Part shown: positions 14,028 through 26,000 of the stretch, piece after piece
How the letters are laid out: every line of letters begins with the position of its first letter
Position numbering within the stretch: the stretch's first letter is position 1
Source: Phaeosaccion multiseriatum
Taxonomy: Eukaryota > Protista > Ochrophyta, other classes
Direction: 5' to 3'
DNA: 64,000 nt
Assembly (NCBI GenBank): GCA_965112735.1
Contig: OZ218951.1
Span: 868,001 to 932,000, forward strand
The notes under the pieces: model-generated
What the model was told of the DNA's origin: nothing
Databases searched by the model: none
Seen by the model: only the letters and a program-made list of their open reading frames with translations
Position numbers and translations under genes: made by a program

Positions 14028-17000
14028 TTGGTGATACAGCAGCAGCAGCAGTTGGTGATACAGACGGGGACAGTAGGTAAGATGCCTGTGGTTAATTATC
14101 CCTTCTCTGAGCCGGAAATTGCTGCAAATGGCCTGATTTTGCTCTCCGTATGATCCCTTCCTTGGCTCTCTGTTTCATGCCTCACCCGACACCCTAACCT
14201 CAAACCTTCCGCACACCCACCTACCGTCTGTCGTGACACGCCCTGCCCATCCACTGCCATCCACTGCCCTCACGCCCCTTAGCGAGTCCGAAGGGTGTGC
14301 AGCACATCCCCGAGGCGTTGGCTGCTCGCCTGCCTGCCGCTCAAAAGCTTCGCGACACGGACTGGTACCAAGTTGAGGCGGACGTGTGGGCGGCAGTCGC
14401 GCACAAGGTGGAGCCGGTGGGGCGAACCATTCGGGTCGTGGCCTTCGTCTGCTTTCTGTTGATGTATTCGCCCTTCCTCCTTGCTGCGAGCATTGTCTCT
14501 AGGCTTGTCGACATGTTTACGTGGCTGGTCACCCCGGGGGCAGGCAGCAAGATCAACGGACCCTTTACGACCTTCCGGTCTTTCGATGTGGGGACCTTCA
14601 TCAGGTGATTAGTGGATACACTTGTCGTGTAACGCTTGTGTTTCTGTAACGCTTGTCGTTGCTTGCTCAACACCTCTCACAGCTTGTCGACTGTCGAGAA
14701 TCAACTGTATCACCTCCTTTCATTGCTCCTGTTGCTCTCCTTTTCTACGATGTGGACACCTTTGCTAGCTCCTTGCGAGTGTTTTTGCACGCTGTGCTAC
14801 TCACGCACTCACAGTCTGTCGACTATTATGGGAATGGGAATCAACCTAAGAATTACGTAGCCTTATGTGTGAGTGTGTGTGGCGACTATCGACTAACTGC
14901 CTCTGTCCGTATGACCAATATCCGATTCACATGCCTTTCTGTATCACCAACACCCCCACCCATAGAGTGAACATTTACGACTGGGAGGACATCCACGACT
15001 CAGACGCGCAGGTGAGCTTGAGTTCCCCCTGCAGTTGGTGCCTCTCTCTTCCCCCCTCCCTCCCCTCTCTCTCTGCCTCGTCCCCCTCCATCCCTCCATC
15101 CCTCCCCTCTCTTCAACCCCTTCCCTCCTCTCCCTCCCTCTCTCCCTCCTCTCCCTCCCTCCCTTCCCTTCTTCCCTTCCTCCCTCCATCCATCCACCCG
15201 TCCCTCCCTCCCCTCCCTCCCCCCCCCTCCTCTTCCCTCCCCATATGCCTCTACAAGGTGACCAACGTCCATCACGACGGCCTCATGAGCATCGACGCCC
15301 CCCTCGCCGAGTACGAGCTTGAGTCCATGCCCTTCTCCTTCCTGCTTCCCCGTGACCTCCTGCTCGGCATCACTGACTTACTGGGCACTGAGGCGGACCT
15401 TCGATCGGACGAAACGCTTTGCAAGGTACGACACGACCATCACACACACTCTGTCACTCACACTCACACACACACACTCACACTCACACACACACTCACA
15501 CTCATACACACACACTCACACTCACACACACACACTCACACTCACACACACTCACACACACTCTCTCACACTCACACACACAGTCACTCGCGCGTGCACA
15601 CCCCTACACTCACTCCCACTCACACTCACACTCACACCTACGACTACTGTCTACTAACTACTTCACCCTCTCCACCCCCCTTCCTCCGTCCAACAGGCTG
15701 TCGACCTGCTCGGCGCTGACAACCAAATCGCCAACAGACTCCTCCATCTCGGTCCCGGCCAAGAGGGCATCGAAGAGCGAGCAAGAAGCCGAGTGGCCCT
15801 CCTCACCGAAGTCGGCAAGGAAGGGGCGACGCGGAACAAGCGCTGGCAGAAGGGACAGGGGAGAATCTCCGCCGTAGGGGCGGTGGTACAAGGGGATGTA
15901 ACGTCCGGGCAGTTCAATTGGCCGGCCATACAGACATCCCTCATCTACTATTTACATTTGGCGACGCAGTTGAGACGGTGGAGGAACAAGTGGTTGTACG
16001 GGGATGAGTCGGTGTTGCTGCCGGAGCAGGTGGCGGGCAAGTATATGCCGGACATCATCGTCCGAGAGGAGGTGAGAGGGATGGCAGTGGATTGGGGGGG
16101 GGGGGGGAGAAGAGACAGTGCGGAACTGAAACTCCCCGTGGACTGACTAATGGACGGAAACTCCAATTGCCAATTGGAGTGAAAGATGGACTGAAAATCC
16201 CCTTTGGAACTACTATTTCTGCGGCACCGAACTCTCTGCGGCTCGCTCTCTGTCTATCCCTTGCTTTTCTCTGTCTCTCTCACTCTCTCGCTCCCTTCCT
16301 CTCCCCCCTACTCTATCCCCTCTCTCTCCCCCTTTGCTCTCTTTCTCTACAACACTCTCCCTCCCTCTCCCTTTCTCTGTCTCTCTCGGCTGGCTCAACC
16401 CCCCTCCCCTCCCATCGCTGATTCCTCCCTCATCACTCCCTCCCTCGCTACACACACCCTCTTCCTTCTTCCTCGCTTCCATCTTCTTCACCTGTTGGTG
16501 ATTCGTCTACGGCGCCAGCTGCGAAGGAGGCGAGTGGTGTCCATCGAGACTGGCGAGAGCGACGAGCAACTCAACCCCGTCGAGGCAACGAGAGCCACCA
16601 GGTAAGTGGGTGGGTGGGTGTATTAGGTCAATGAGTGGGTGGGTGAGTTGGTGTGTGGATGGATAGGTGCGTGGGTTTGTTGTAGATACTTGATAAAACG
16701 CACACAGGTGTACAGACTTGCACAGTAGAGCTAATGAGCTAGGAGTGAGGTGGGCTACAGCGGCGCTGTGTGAATATACTTCATTGCGCTAGTGCCTTTT
16801 TTCTTTCGATTTGTTATGCTCTCTCTCTATTTCATTTCATTTTCTCCCGACGTCCCTCTCTCTCTGTGTGTGTGTGTTTGTGTACGTGTATGTATGTCTG
16901 ACTTGTATCCCACCCATTGGGCTCCTTCCTCCACCTCTCTTCTCTCTCTCTCCCGCTCTCTCTCTCTCTCTCGCTCTCCCTCTCCCTCTCTCCCTCTCCC

Positions 17001-20000
17001 TCTCCCCCCACAACCCCACAGTTACGAGAACCCGGTCAAAACGTTCCGTGCGTGGGTGGCGCGTCTTGCAGAGACGCACATCCGTCGGTTACGTGTGCGT
17101 GTGCCGAAACGGAGCCCTCCACAACCCCAAACACTATCATCGCCGCAGCGTAGGAAGGCGCAGGGAGAAGGAGGGGGGGGAGGAGGAGGAGGGGGAGGAG
17201 GAGGAGGAGGAGGAGGAGGAGGAAGAGGGGGCGGGGGGGAGGAAGCGCAGAAGCAGTGTGTTCTCCGCCTCTGCCACCGATGCACGCTCACAGCTGCTCA
17301 AGATGGCTCAGATGGTGAGTAGCAAGGATGGCAGTGGATGGGAGGGGATGAGAGGCTCTGTCAAACACAACAGAACGTAACTAGCCCTTCCCTCCACAGG
17401 ATTCCCTCACGCGTAGCGCCTTTGAGCGTCAGCTCATAACCGTTGCCTTGTCCTCCCACCCCGTATGCCTACACATAGTGCAACGCGTTTTCTAACTGAA
17501 CCATTACGTAACTTACGTAACCCCTCCACAGGAGTCCCTCAAGCGCAGCGCCTTTGAGCGTCAAAGCGCCGCTGCTCTGCAGAGCCTCAAAGAGGCGGCG
17601 CGGCAAGAGCAGCGGGAGGAGGAGGAGCTGCAGCAGTTGGTGATACACCAGGAGCAGGAAGCGGCACAGGCACGAGAGCGGGCACAGCGCGGTGCAGTAG
17701 GTGGTGATATAGCAGCGTCCTCCGGGGGGGTGTCGTCGTCCATCGGGGCATCGTCCGGCCCCCCCAGGGGAGAGAGGCGGCCACCGGCAAGGTAGGAAAA
17801 TTGGTGCTATAGCCCAGTGCCTCACAGATGGATTGCTCTGCGGATGCTGGAGGTTGTTAAGGGTGTTGATAGTCATGGGGGAGGGATGCGTGCAAGCGGT
17901 CAACGAACTGAACCTGAAACTTAGCCTGAAACTGAAACCGTTGCCGTTGTGCTCTTTCTCTCCCTTCCCCCCCTCCTCTCCTCACGCTCTCCAAACCCCC
18001 ACGTAACACCTCAAACCCATCAACACACCCGCACGCACACACACGCACACACGCACCCACACACGTATAAACACATGCACACACACCCAAACCCCCACAC
18101 AACACCCCAAATCATACCCACACACATCACACGCACGTACATACACACGCACGCACGCACACACACAGCCGCACACGCACACACACCCACAGCAGAGAGT
18201 TCCGGGACCGGCTCGCCCTTCTTCGTGTCGAGCGACGCGCCGCCCTCCTTGCCAAGGCCCTATCTCTATCTGGAAACGTGTGCACTTTCCTTCTGATGGC
18301 CGTTCCCGCGTTCGTGTCGCTCGTACTCAGCTTCCCTGCTTCGGTCATGCCCTCCTTGTTTGACTCCTTCCCCGCCATATTTGCGGTGCGAGGGCAAATT
18401 CGAATCGTGCGATTAGATTTGTTGCAGCGACTCAAGAGAGAGGTCAATGCCGGCATTGCCAGTAGTGCTGGTGGTGGTGGTGGGGGAGGAGGAGGGGGAG
18501 GAGGAGGAGGAGGAGGAGGAGGAGCGGGCGTGGCTAGCCCGCTCTCCAGTGGGATGGGCAGTCCCCTTGGAAGTGGCATGGGAAGCCGCCTGGGAAGCCC
18601 GGAAGGAGGAGGGTTTGCGAGTCGAGGAGGAGGAAAGCGGCCGAACCAGATCACCGCCACCTCTCGAGAACAACTTCAACATCAACTTCAACAGCAACAT
18701 CAGCGCCTGACCTCCTTCGGCAGCGGCGGATATGGTGTGCCTATGGACGGGGGAGACAACGCGCCTCTGCCGGGGAGTGGACAAGTCAGTCCCATCTTTG
18801 GCAGTGGAGCTTCGTCAATGTACCGCCCGTCGTCGCCCCCCGGGGTGGTCTCGGCCCCCGGGGAGGAGGGAGCGCCCCCTAGGGTTGAGGGGGAGGAGGA
18901 TGAAGATGAAGATGATTGGTTGATGGAGCCCGTGGTGCGGGGGGTTTCTTCCCATGTCAGTGCTGTGGGTGTGCAACCGTTGGTGATACAGCAGCAGCAG
19001 GATGGGAATGGCGGTAGTGGTATTGGTGGAAGTGGGAGTGGAAGGAGTGACGAGGAGGGTGGTGAGCAAGTCGATGCCGATGATGAGCTCATGGGTGTAC
19101 TGAACAATAACGCTGCTGTCGATGCGACAAAGGAAGGCGGGGCTGCTACTGCAGCCGTTGGTGATACAGCAGCAGAAGGGAAGGGTACCGCACCACCCAG
19201 AGGAGAAGGAGGGGTAAGAGGAAGAGGGAGAGGAGGTGGAGGAGGAGGAGGAGGAGGAGGAGGAGGAGGGGGAGGAGGAGGAGGAGGACGAGGGGGCGGG
19301 CCGGCGCTGGCAAGTAGTCGACCTCCCCACGATCCCCACGAGATGGCACCGGACGCTGACTCGGACTCCCGCCACAGCAGAGAGAGGAAGGCACTCTTTG
19401 ACTACTTGAGATCCAAGGGGTTTACGACATTTGTGAGAGAGTCCGATGAAGTGGACGAGCAGAGTACAGGGACGCAGGTCTGGTTAGCGTCACTGAGGTT
19501 CGAGGTCGGGTATGATGATGGGCTCGTGAGGTGGCCGAGAGAAGACTTGGGGGTGGGGAGGGGGGGGGGGAGGAGGAGTAAGGAGGGGTTGCCGGTGTGG
19601 GAGAGTGATGCGCTGCTACAGGAGATGACTTTCGAGGCTCTTGTCGAGCAGGACAGGAGGGAGGAGGAAGAGGAAGAGGAGGAGGAGGAGGAGGAGGAGG
19701 AGGAGGAGGAGGGGGAGGAGTTTGGTAGTGATGATGGGGGTGAGGAAGGGGAGGAGGAGCACACTCGTATCGCGAGACGTGGCGTCTCTGTGAGGTCTAT
19801 GCTTGAGGAGGAGGAGGAGGAGGAGGAGGAAGAGGAGGAGGAAGAAGAGATGGACAGCGGCGGCACCAATGCCGGAGCAGGAGGAGCAGGAGGAAGGAGG
19901 AGCAGGAAGACTCGTCAGAGGCCCCGAATGGCACCGCCGCCGCCGAAGCAGCACAAGTTCAGCTTCTTCAGCGACCAAGAGCTGGTGCGAGAGATGCACA

Positions 20001-23000
20001 TCCGGCCGCCGCCAACTGTAAACAGCAGGTATATGGGTACATGTATATTGGGGAAGGGGGAAGCGAAAGGGCACATAGGCGTATGAGCGAAGGGTAGAGA
20101 CTATCTCCATTGGATGGATAACAGCGGATGGAAGGACGGATGGATGGCAATGGATGGAAGGATGGGTGGATGGCGATTGCTCTAGAAACTGACACTGAAG
20201 TTGAAACACCCCCAACACTTGTCACTTACTCTCACTCCCTCCCCCCCTCCCTCCTCTCCTCTCCCTCTCTCCCCTCTCTCCCTCCTCCCTCCCTCCCTCC
20301 CTTCCCTCGTTGTTCCCTTCCCTCCGCTCTCTCTGTCCCTCCCTCCCCTCACTCCTCACAGATACGACGACAATGATGCGGAGGACGATGGGTGCACGGA
20401 GCGCTTCTCCGATCACCGTGTGGTCATTGAAATTCAGATGAAACGCCTCTCCGCAGCCCAGAGGGGTTTCTTCAACAGGCAGACGGTGCGTGGTGTTGTG
20501 CTGAATGCTCTCTCTCTCTGTCCTTCATCTCTCTTTCTCTCCGTCTTTCTCTCTCCTCCTCCTTTTCTCTCTATATCTCTTTCTCTTTTTCTCTGTCTTT
20601 CTCTCTATGCCTCTCTCTGCTTTCTCTCGTTCTCTACCTCTATCTCTCTCTCTCTCTCTCTTCAACAGACAAGCGTCTTAGGCCCTTGCCAACAACTCGT
20701 GCCTACACCGTTTCCGTCAGGGCTCACCTGTATCTTTCTGTAACCGTCATTCGTCATCACTACCACTATCTCAGGTTTGCGTCATCAGCTTCACGAGCCC
20801 AAGGGTGGCCAATGTATGGATGAAGCAGGTAAGAAGGGTGGCTGGGGGATGATTATATATTATCGATCTTTGGAAACTGAAGCTAAGTCTGCAATGAACT
20901 GAAACTTACTTTAAATCCAATGAACTGAAACTTGGAACTGATGAGCAGGTGGGAGACGAGTTCAACAACTTCGCTGCGGAGCTGCGGTCACGGGTGGTGG
21001 AGGCGTCCCTGGCCAGAGCGGAAACCGGGCCTGTATCACCAACTGGTGGGGGTGGAGGGGGTGGGATGGCAGCCAATGGTGGTGGTGCAGAGGGCACGAT
21101 CGGAGATTGGCTGGGCATGAGCGGGAGAGGAGGAGGAGGAGGAGGAGGAGGAGGAGGAGGAGGAGGAGGAGGAGGAGGAGGGGCGGGTTCCCCTTCCTCG
21201 CTGCGTTCTATGGGTAGCGGAGGGGGGAGTGGGGGTGCGTTGCCTCTGTCTCAGCACCATCGTCACTCTCCTCGATCACCTTCCAACGCCGCTCCGCTCA
21301 TGGGCAATCGCCACCGCACTCACGCACGCACGATGCTGGGCTCTCCTTCCTCTGTTGGGGGGGCTTTCCCTCCGTCGTTCGGCAGCATAACGAGCATATC
21401 CAGCTTGCGAAGTGTGCGAAGTGGTGGTACGGCCGCCAACAACAGTAATGGCGACGGCTATGATGATGACGACGACGGGGAGCACCAACTGATCGGGGCG
21501 GAGAGGCAGAGGGAGACCCTGGAGCTGTTGAATCAAGCCAGCCACGGCCACCTGCAGGCAGTGTGGCAGCAAGGATTGCTTCAGTTCTATGTGAGCAAGC
21601 TCTTCCTCGGCCTCTTCTGCTTTGCCCTCGTGGTGTCTGTCTGGTGCGTATGTCTCATCTACCGCATCTTCCAGTGGCTCCTTCGCTCTCTGGGTGCCGG
21701 TGGTGGCGGTGGTGGGGGAGGAGGAGGGGGGGCAAACAAAAAGCAAGGAGGGGGCGGGAGCAGCCGCAGCGGTGGCGGAGGGGGAGGAGGAGGCGGAGGC
21801 GGAGGACTAGGCTTGCGTGCGGAGATAGCCCAACAGTTTGAGTCGGATCTGAAGGTGCGCAAGACGATTGGTCTCTATCCGTGGTGTCGGTACATGTTCG
21901 CACGCTGGCTGGACTTCCGCCCCACTGTCTTGTCCCGTCGAGGAGGAGGAGGAGGAGGAGGTGGAGGAACAGTGAAGGGAGGAGGAGACAGCACCTCCAA
22001 CAATCCCAGTAGCGGTGGCGGTGTTGGCGGTGGTGGTGGTGGTGGTGGTGGTGGTGCGACAATGGCAACGCTCTATGTCAAGCCCCGAGTGCGAGAAGCC
22101 TTTGAAGTGTCCTTCCGAGCCATGTTCAGTCCTCAAGCCGTGCATGTGGATGTCTTTACCGAGGCAGAGTCGGGTCTCCTGTCAGGAGCCTTCTCTCTCG
22201 GCTTGGGCGCAGGGCATACCGCCAACTTACCACATGACTGCTCTGACGCTCTCTTAGAGAAGGAGTTGACGCAGTTGAGAGTCCTCGACAAGCCCTTGCC
22301 CGGGGCGTGCTATGTGTATTATAAAAAGCCAGACGTGCTGTTGGTGGACCTGTTGGAGCAGCCGAGGTGGATGGGGGAGGAAGGAGGGGAGGATGGCAGT
22401 AGATGGGGGGCAGGAGGACGAGGAGCAGGGTCTCCCAGAGGCTTAGGGTCTCCAGGAGGAGGAGGAGGAGGAGGAGGAAGAAGAAGACTGGGGTCACCGA
22501 GGCAGCCTCAACCAAAGCCCGAGGAGTTCAGGCACCCCATAAAGAGAGAGCTGAGCGGCGGCAAGTCCACTCTTGTAGGGGCAGCAGTGGGGACCGTGGT
22601 GGGAACACCAGCAGTTGGTGGTACAGATGCCCGTGCTGGCGACGATGATGGCGATGGCGGCGCCCTGTCTGCAAGCGTGGGTCGCGCCATCGAACGCTTC
22701 GTTGGCTCAGTTCGTCGGACAACCAACACGACCAGCAGAGCCATGAGGAGGTGGTGGAGAGGGAGAGGGAGAGGGCTGCAGAGGAGCTTTAAGGATGGCT
22801 ACTTGGCACCAGGGGACGAGTTGGTGATCGGCCCAAGGCCCAGGGTGGTGGGACACTTCGACCTCCAAACAGGGTCGGTGTACGCCGTTTGTGAGTCGGA
22901 TGACGGGGCAGATGGCACTGAATGGTTGATGAAGGGGGACCTGGTCCGAATTGGAGAGGGGAGCAGTGGTATCTATCGTGTTCTGGCCATGCGGTCAAGA

Positions 23001-26000
23001 GGGGGAGGAGCCGGAGAGGAGGAGGAGGAGGAGGCGGGGGGTGGTTTCCGCGTCGAGAGGGAGAGAGGCAGGGCCATGGCGCTATTCCAAGAGTACTCGG
23101 GAGAGTCAGGGCAAGCCACCGTATACAAGCAGGCGTCATCTGTGAGTCGTCTAACTCGCCAACTCGCGGGGTGTGCGGTGAGGGTGTCCCCTGGTAGCAG
23201 GGAGGCGCGAGTATCAGTCACCGTGCCTGCCGCTTTCCTGCCTTTGGCCTCGGAAGAGGTGAGGGGAGGAGGAGGTAGAGAAGGAGGAGATGGTGGAGGG
23301 ATGGCAGTGGATGGAGCAGGAGGAGAAAGGCTTCCGAGCGGGGTTCCCTGCCGCCTAAGCGCGGATGTGTTTGTGGCCTTTGTGGCTCGTGCCCGGGGCG
23401 TTTCAGAAGAGGAGGTGAGGGATATCATGGAGGATTACTCCGGCGACGGGCTGCCGTTACAGATCGACGGGGTGTGGGTCATGGTCAGGGGTGTGCGCGA
23501 CGCAATCACCACCACACAGGTGACGACGACGACGAGTGGTGGAGTCGTTGGTGGTACGGGAGAAGGAGGAGGAGGAGGAGGAGGAGGAGGAGGAGGAGGA
23601 GGAGGAGGAGGAGGAGGAGGAGGAGGAGGAGGAGGAGGAGGAGGAGGAGGAGGAGGAGGAGGAGGAGGAGGAGGAGGAGATGGTGTGGGTGCGGGTGTGG
23701 GTGTGGGCGTGGGTGCGGGAGGTGGTGGTGGTGTTGTTATCACTCTCGCCAAGGCATGGCGTGCGTCGGCGCGAGAGAACGCTCGCTGTCGAGTGATTAG
23801 TGCATTTGCAGTGTGTGCGGACGACAGAGAGGTCACCACGACGCTATCTCTCGCCGAGCTGAGGGGATCGGGGGTGAGGGAGGGTAAGGAGATACTCATC
23901 AACAACAACTGGAGCGTTGTGGACCGCATGTACGAGAGAAGGAGAGGAGGGGAAGGAGGAAGTGAGGGAGGGGAAGGAGGAGGAGGAGGAGGAGGAGAAG
24001 GAGGAAGCGGAGGTGGAGGTGCTGTCGGTGGTGGTGGTGTATCACCAACTACTATGGATGGAGATGGAAGGTCTGCGGAGGAAGAAATCGCGGCGATTGC
24101 GGCGGTGGCAGCCACTGGGCGGAGGGCATCAGGGGGAAGCAACACCAGCAACAAGCCTTACAACAAGGCGAGGCGTAGCAGTACGAGTAGGTCCTCCCGC
24201 TCCGGCTCCACCACGGCGGCTGCAACCGATGCCGCGGCTGCAGTGGCCGCCGCAGCAGCAGCGATGGCAGCAGATGCGAGAGCAGCAGAGGAGGCAGAGA
24301 GAGAGAGGAGGGGGATGCGCACCGTGCTGGAGCTGAGGCATGCGTGGGTGGGCAAGGATGATGAAGACGCTGTGGCAGGGGTGGACGCGAGGGAGCTTCC
24401 CATCCAGGGTATGTATCAGGCTCTCTATCCGGGTATGCAAGAGGGGGGAGGAGGAGGAGCAGGAGAGGGAGAAGGAGGAGAAGGAGGAGCAGGAGGAGGA
24501 GGAGGACGAGGAGGAGGGGCAGGGAGTGGCTACCCATGCACTTTCAGCGTGAGGAGCGGGAAGGATGTACTGCGTGCCTCTCTGCCCCCCGAGCTGCTAC
24601 AAGAGTTCGGGGTGAGGCGCTTCGCAGACGTTATCGTGGGCGGGCATCGTATGGTAGTGCAGAAAATTGTCACCGCGAATCAGCAGAGCGATTCGAGTTG
24701 CGCTAGTGACGCGGTTGTATCACCAACTGGTGCTGGTGCGGGTGCCAGAGCTGGTGCTGGCGTTAGCGGCGGAGGGGGGGGATCTTTTCTGAAACTGTCA
24801 ACGTCGTGGCCAGGGGCCGATGCGGACAACGTAGTCGTGAGCGTGGTGGCCAACTGTGAGGAGGATGGCAACCGTAGCCAGACCGGTGTGGTGACCAAGA
24901 TACGACGCAACAAGAACAAGCTCACTCAGGTGGGCATCAAGCTTCGAGAGCCCCTCCGCTTCCACGGCGATCAGCTGCATCAGATGGCACCGTCCCTGTA
25001 TCACCAACACGGACAATACCTCCCTTATTCTCCTCCCGGTTCGCCCACGAGTGGCGACAGGAGAGGGGAGGATGGCAAGCAGCAGCAGTTGGTGATACAG
25101 CATCAGGGGCAGGGGGGGGGGCAGCAGACTCAGAGTCAGCAGAAGGCGGCGGAGTTTGCCACTCAGAGGAAGCGAATGTCCGGTTTGCAACTGCAACGTG
25201 TACAGACACACGTCAGTGTCAAGCGCTCGCAGGCGGACTCCCGAGGGGGCTACCACTGGTTCGTCAAGCTCTCGTCCCGAGAGCCCTTCGGGTTCCACTC
25301 CTACCCCACCCTCTCTGCCAACGGGGTCTTGCTCCGGGGGGGAGGTAGATCAGTGTCCGCCGACGTGCCCTCCGCGAACGGTCGAGTGTATTCGAGTAGG
25401 GTGGAGGAGGAGCGGATCCGCGAGCGACTGACGCTGGATGGGGACCGAGAGCCTGACGAACCTCCCTCCATGCTGAGGGTTGCAATGATGCAGCGCAAGA
25501 ACAGCCGACTCAAGTTCGTATTGGCCATGCTGGGGGTGGTGCTAAAGTGGCCGCTGTTGGGGGGCTGGATGGTGGTGGGTTCCGTGCTGGCCGTGGTGGC
25601 AGGGGCCACCGCGGTGCTTCGCTTCACGCTGAGAATCATGTACCTTCACCTCACAGCGGGTGCCGGAGGAGGAGGAGGAGGCACGGCTGGTGGTACAGCA
25701 GTTGGTGATACAGGAAGGGGAGGTGGGGGTAAGGGAGGTGCGCGGATCATTCGGGATATTATGGACAATCGGGTGTTCAACAAGGTGAGTGAGCGACTGA
25801 GTGAGTGAGTAGGAGTGAGTGAGTGAGGGAGTGAGTGAGTGAGTGAGTGAGTGGGTGAATGAGTGAGGGAGTGAGTGAGTGAGTGCGTGAGTGAGTGCAT
25901 GAGTGAGTGAGTGAGTGAATGAGTGACTGTAGTCAGCAAAGAGGGGGGAAAGATAAACAGAGTTATGTTAAATTAACCATTTAGTAACATTTAGTAACAT

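Noticed and set aside
13977-14063. CAGTTGGTGATACAG as sequencing-adapter contamination
   Set aside because: It preserves reading frames, has natural-looking variants and matches no adapter I recognise; a raw-read check is still advised.
20362-20990. PH-domain-like ending ([17 protein letters not shown])
   Set aside because: Only the terminal Trp helix is suggestive, which is too little to call.
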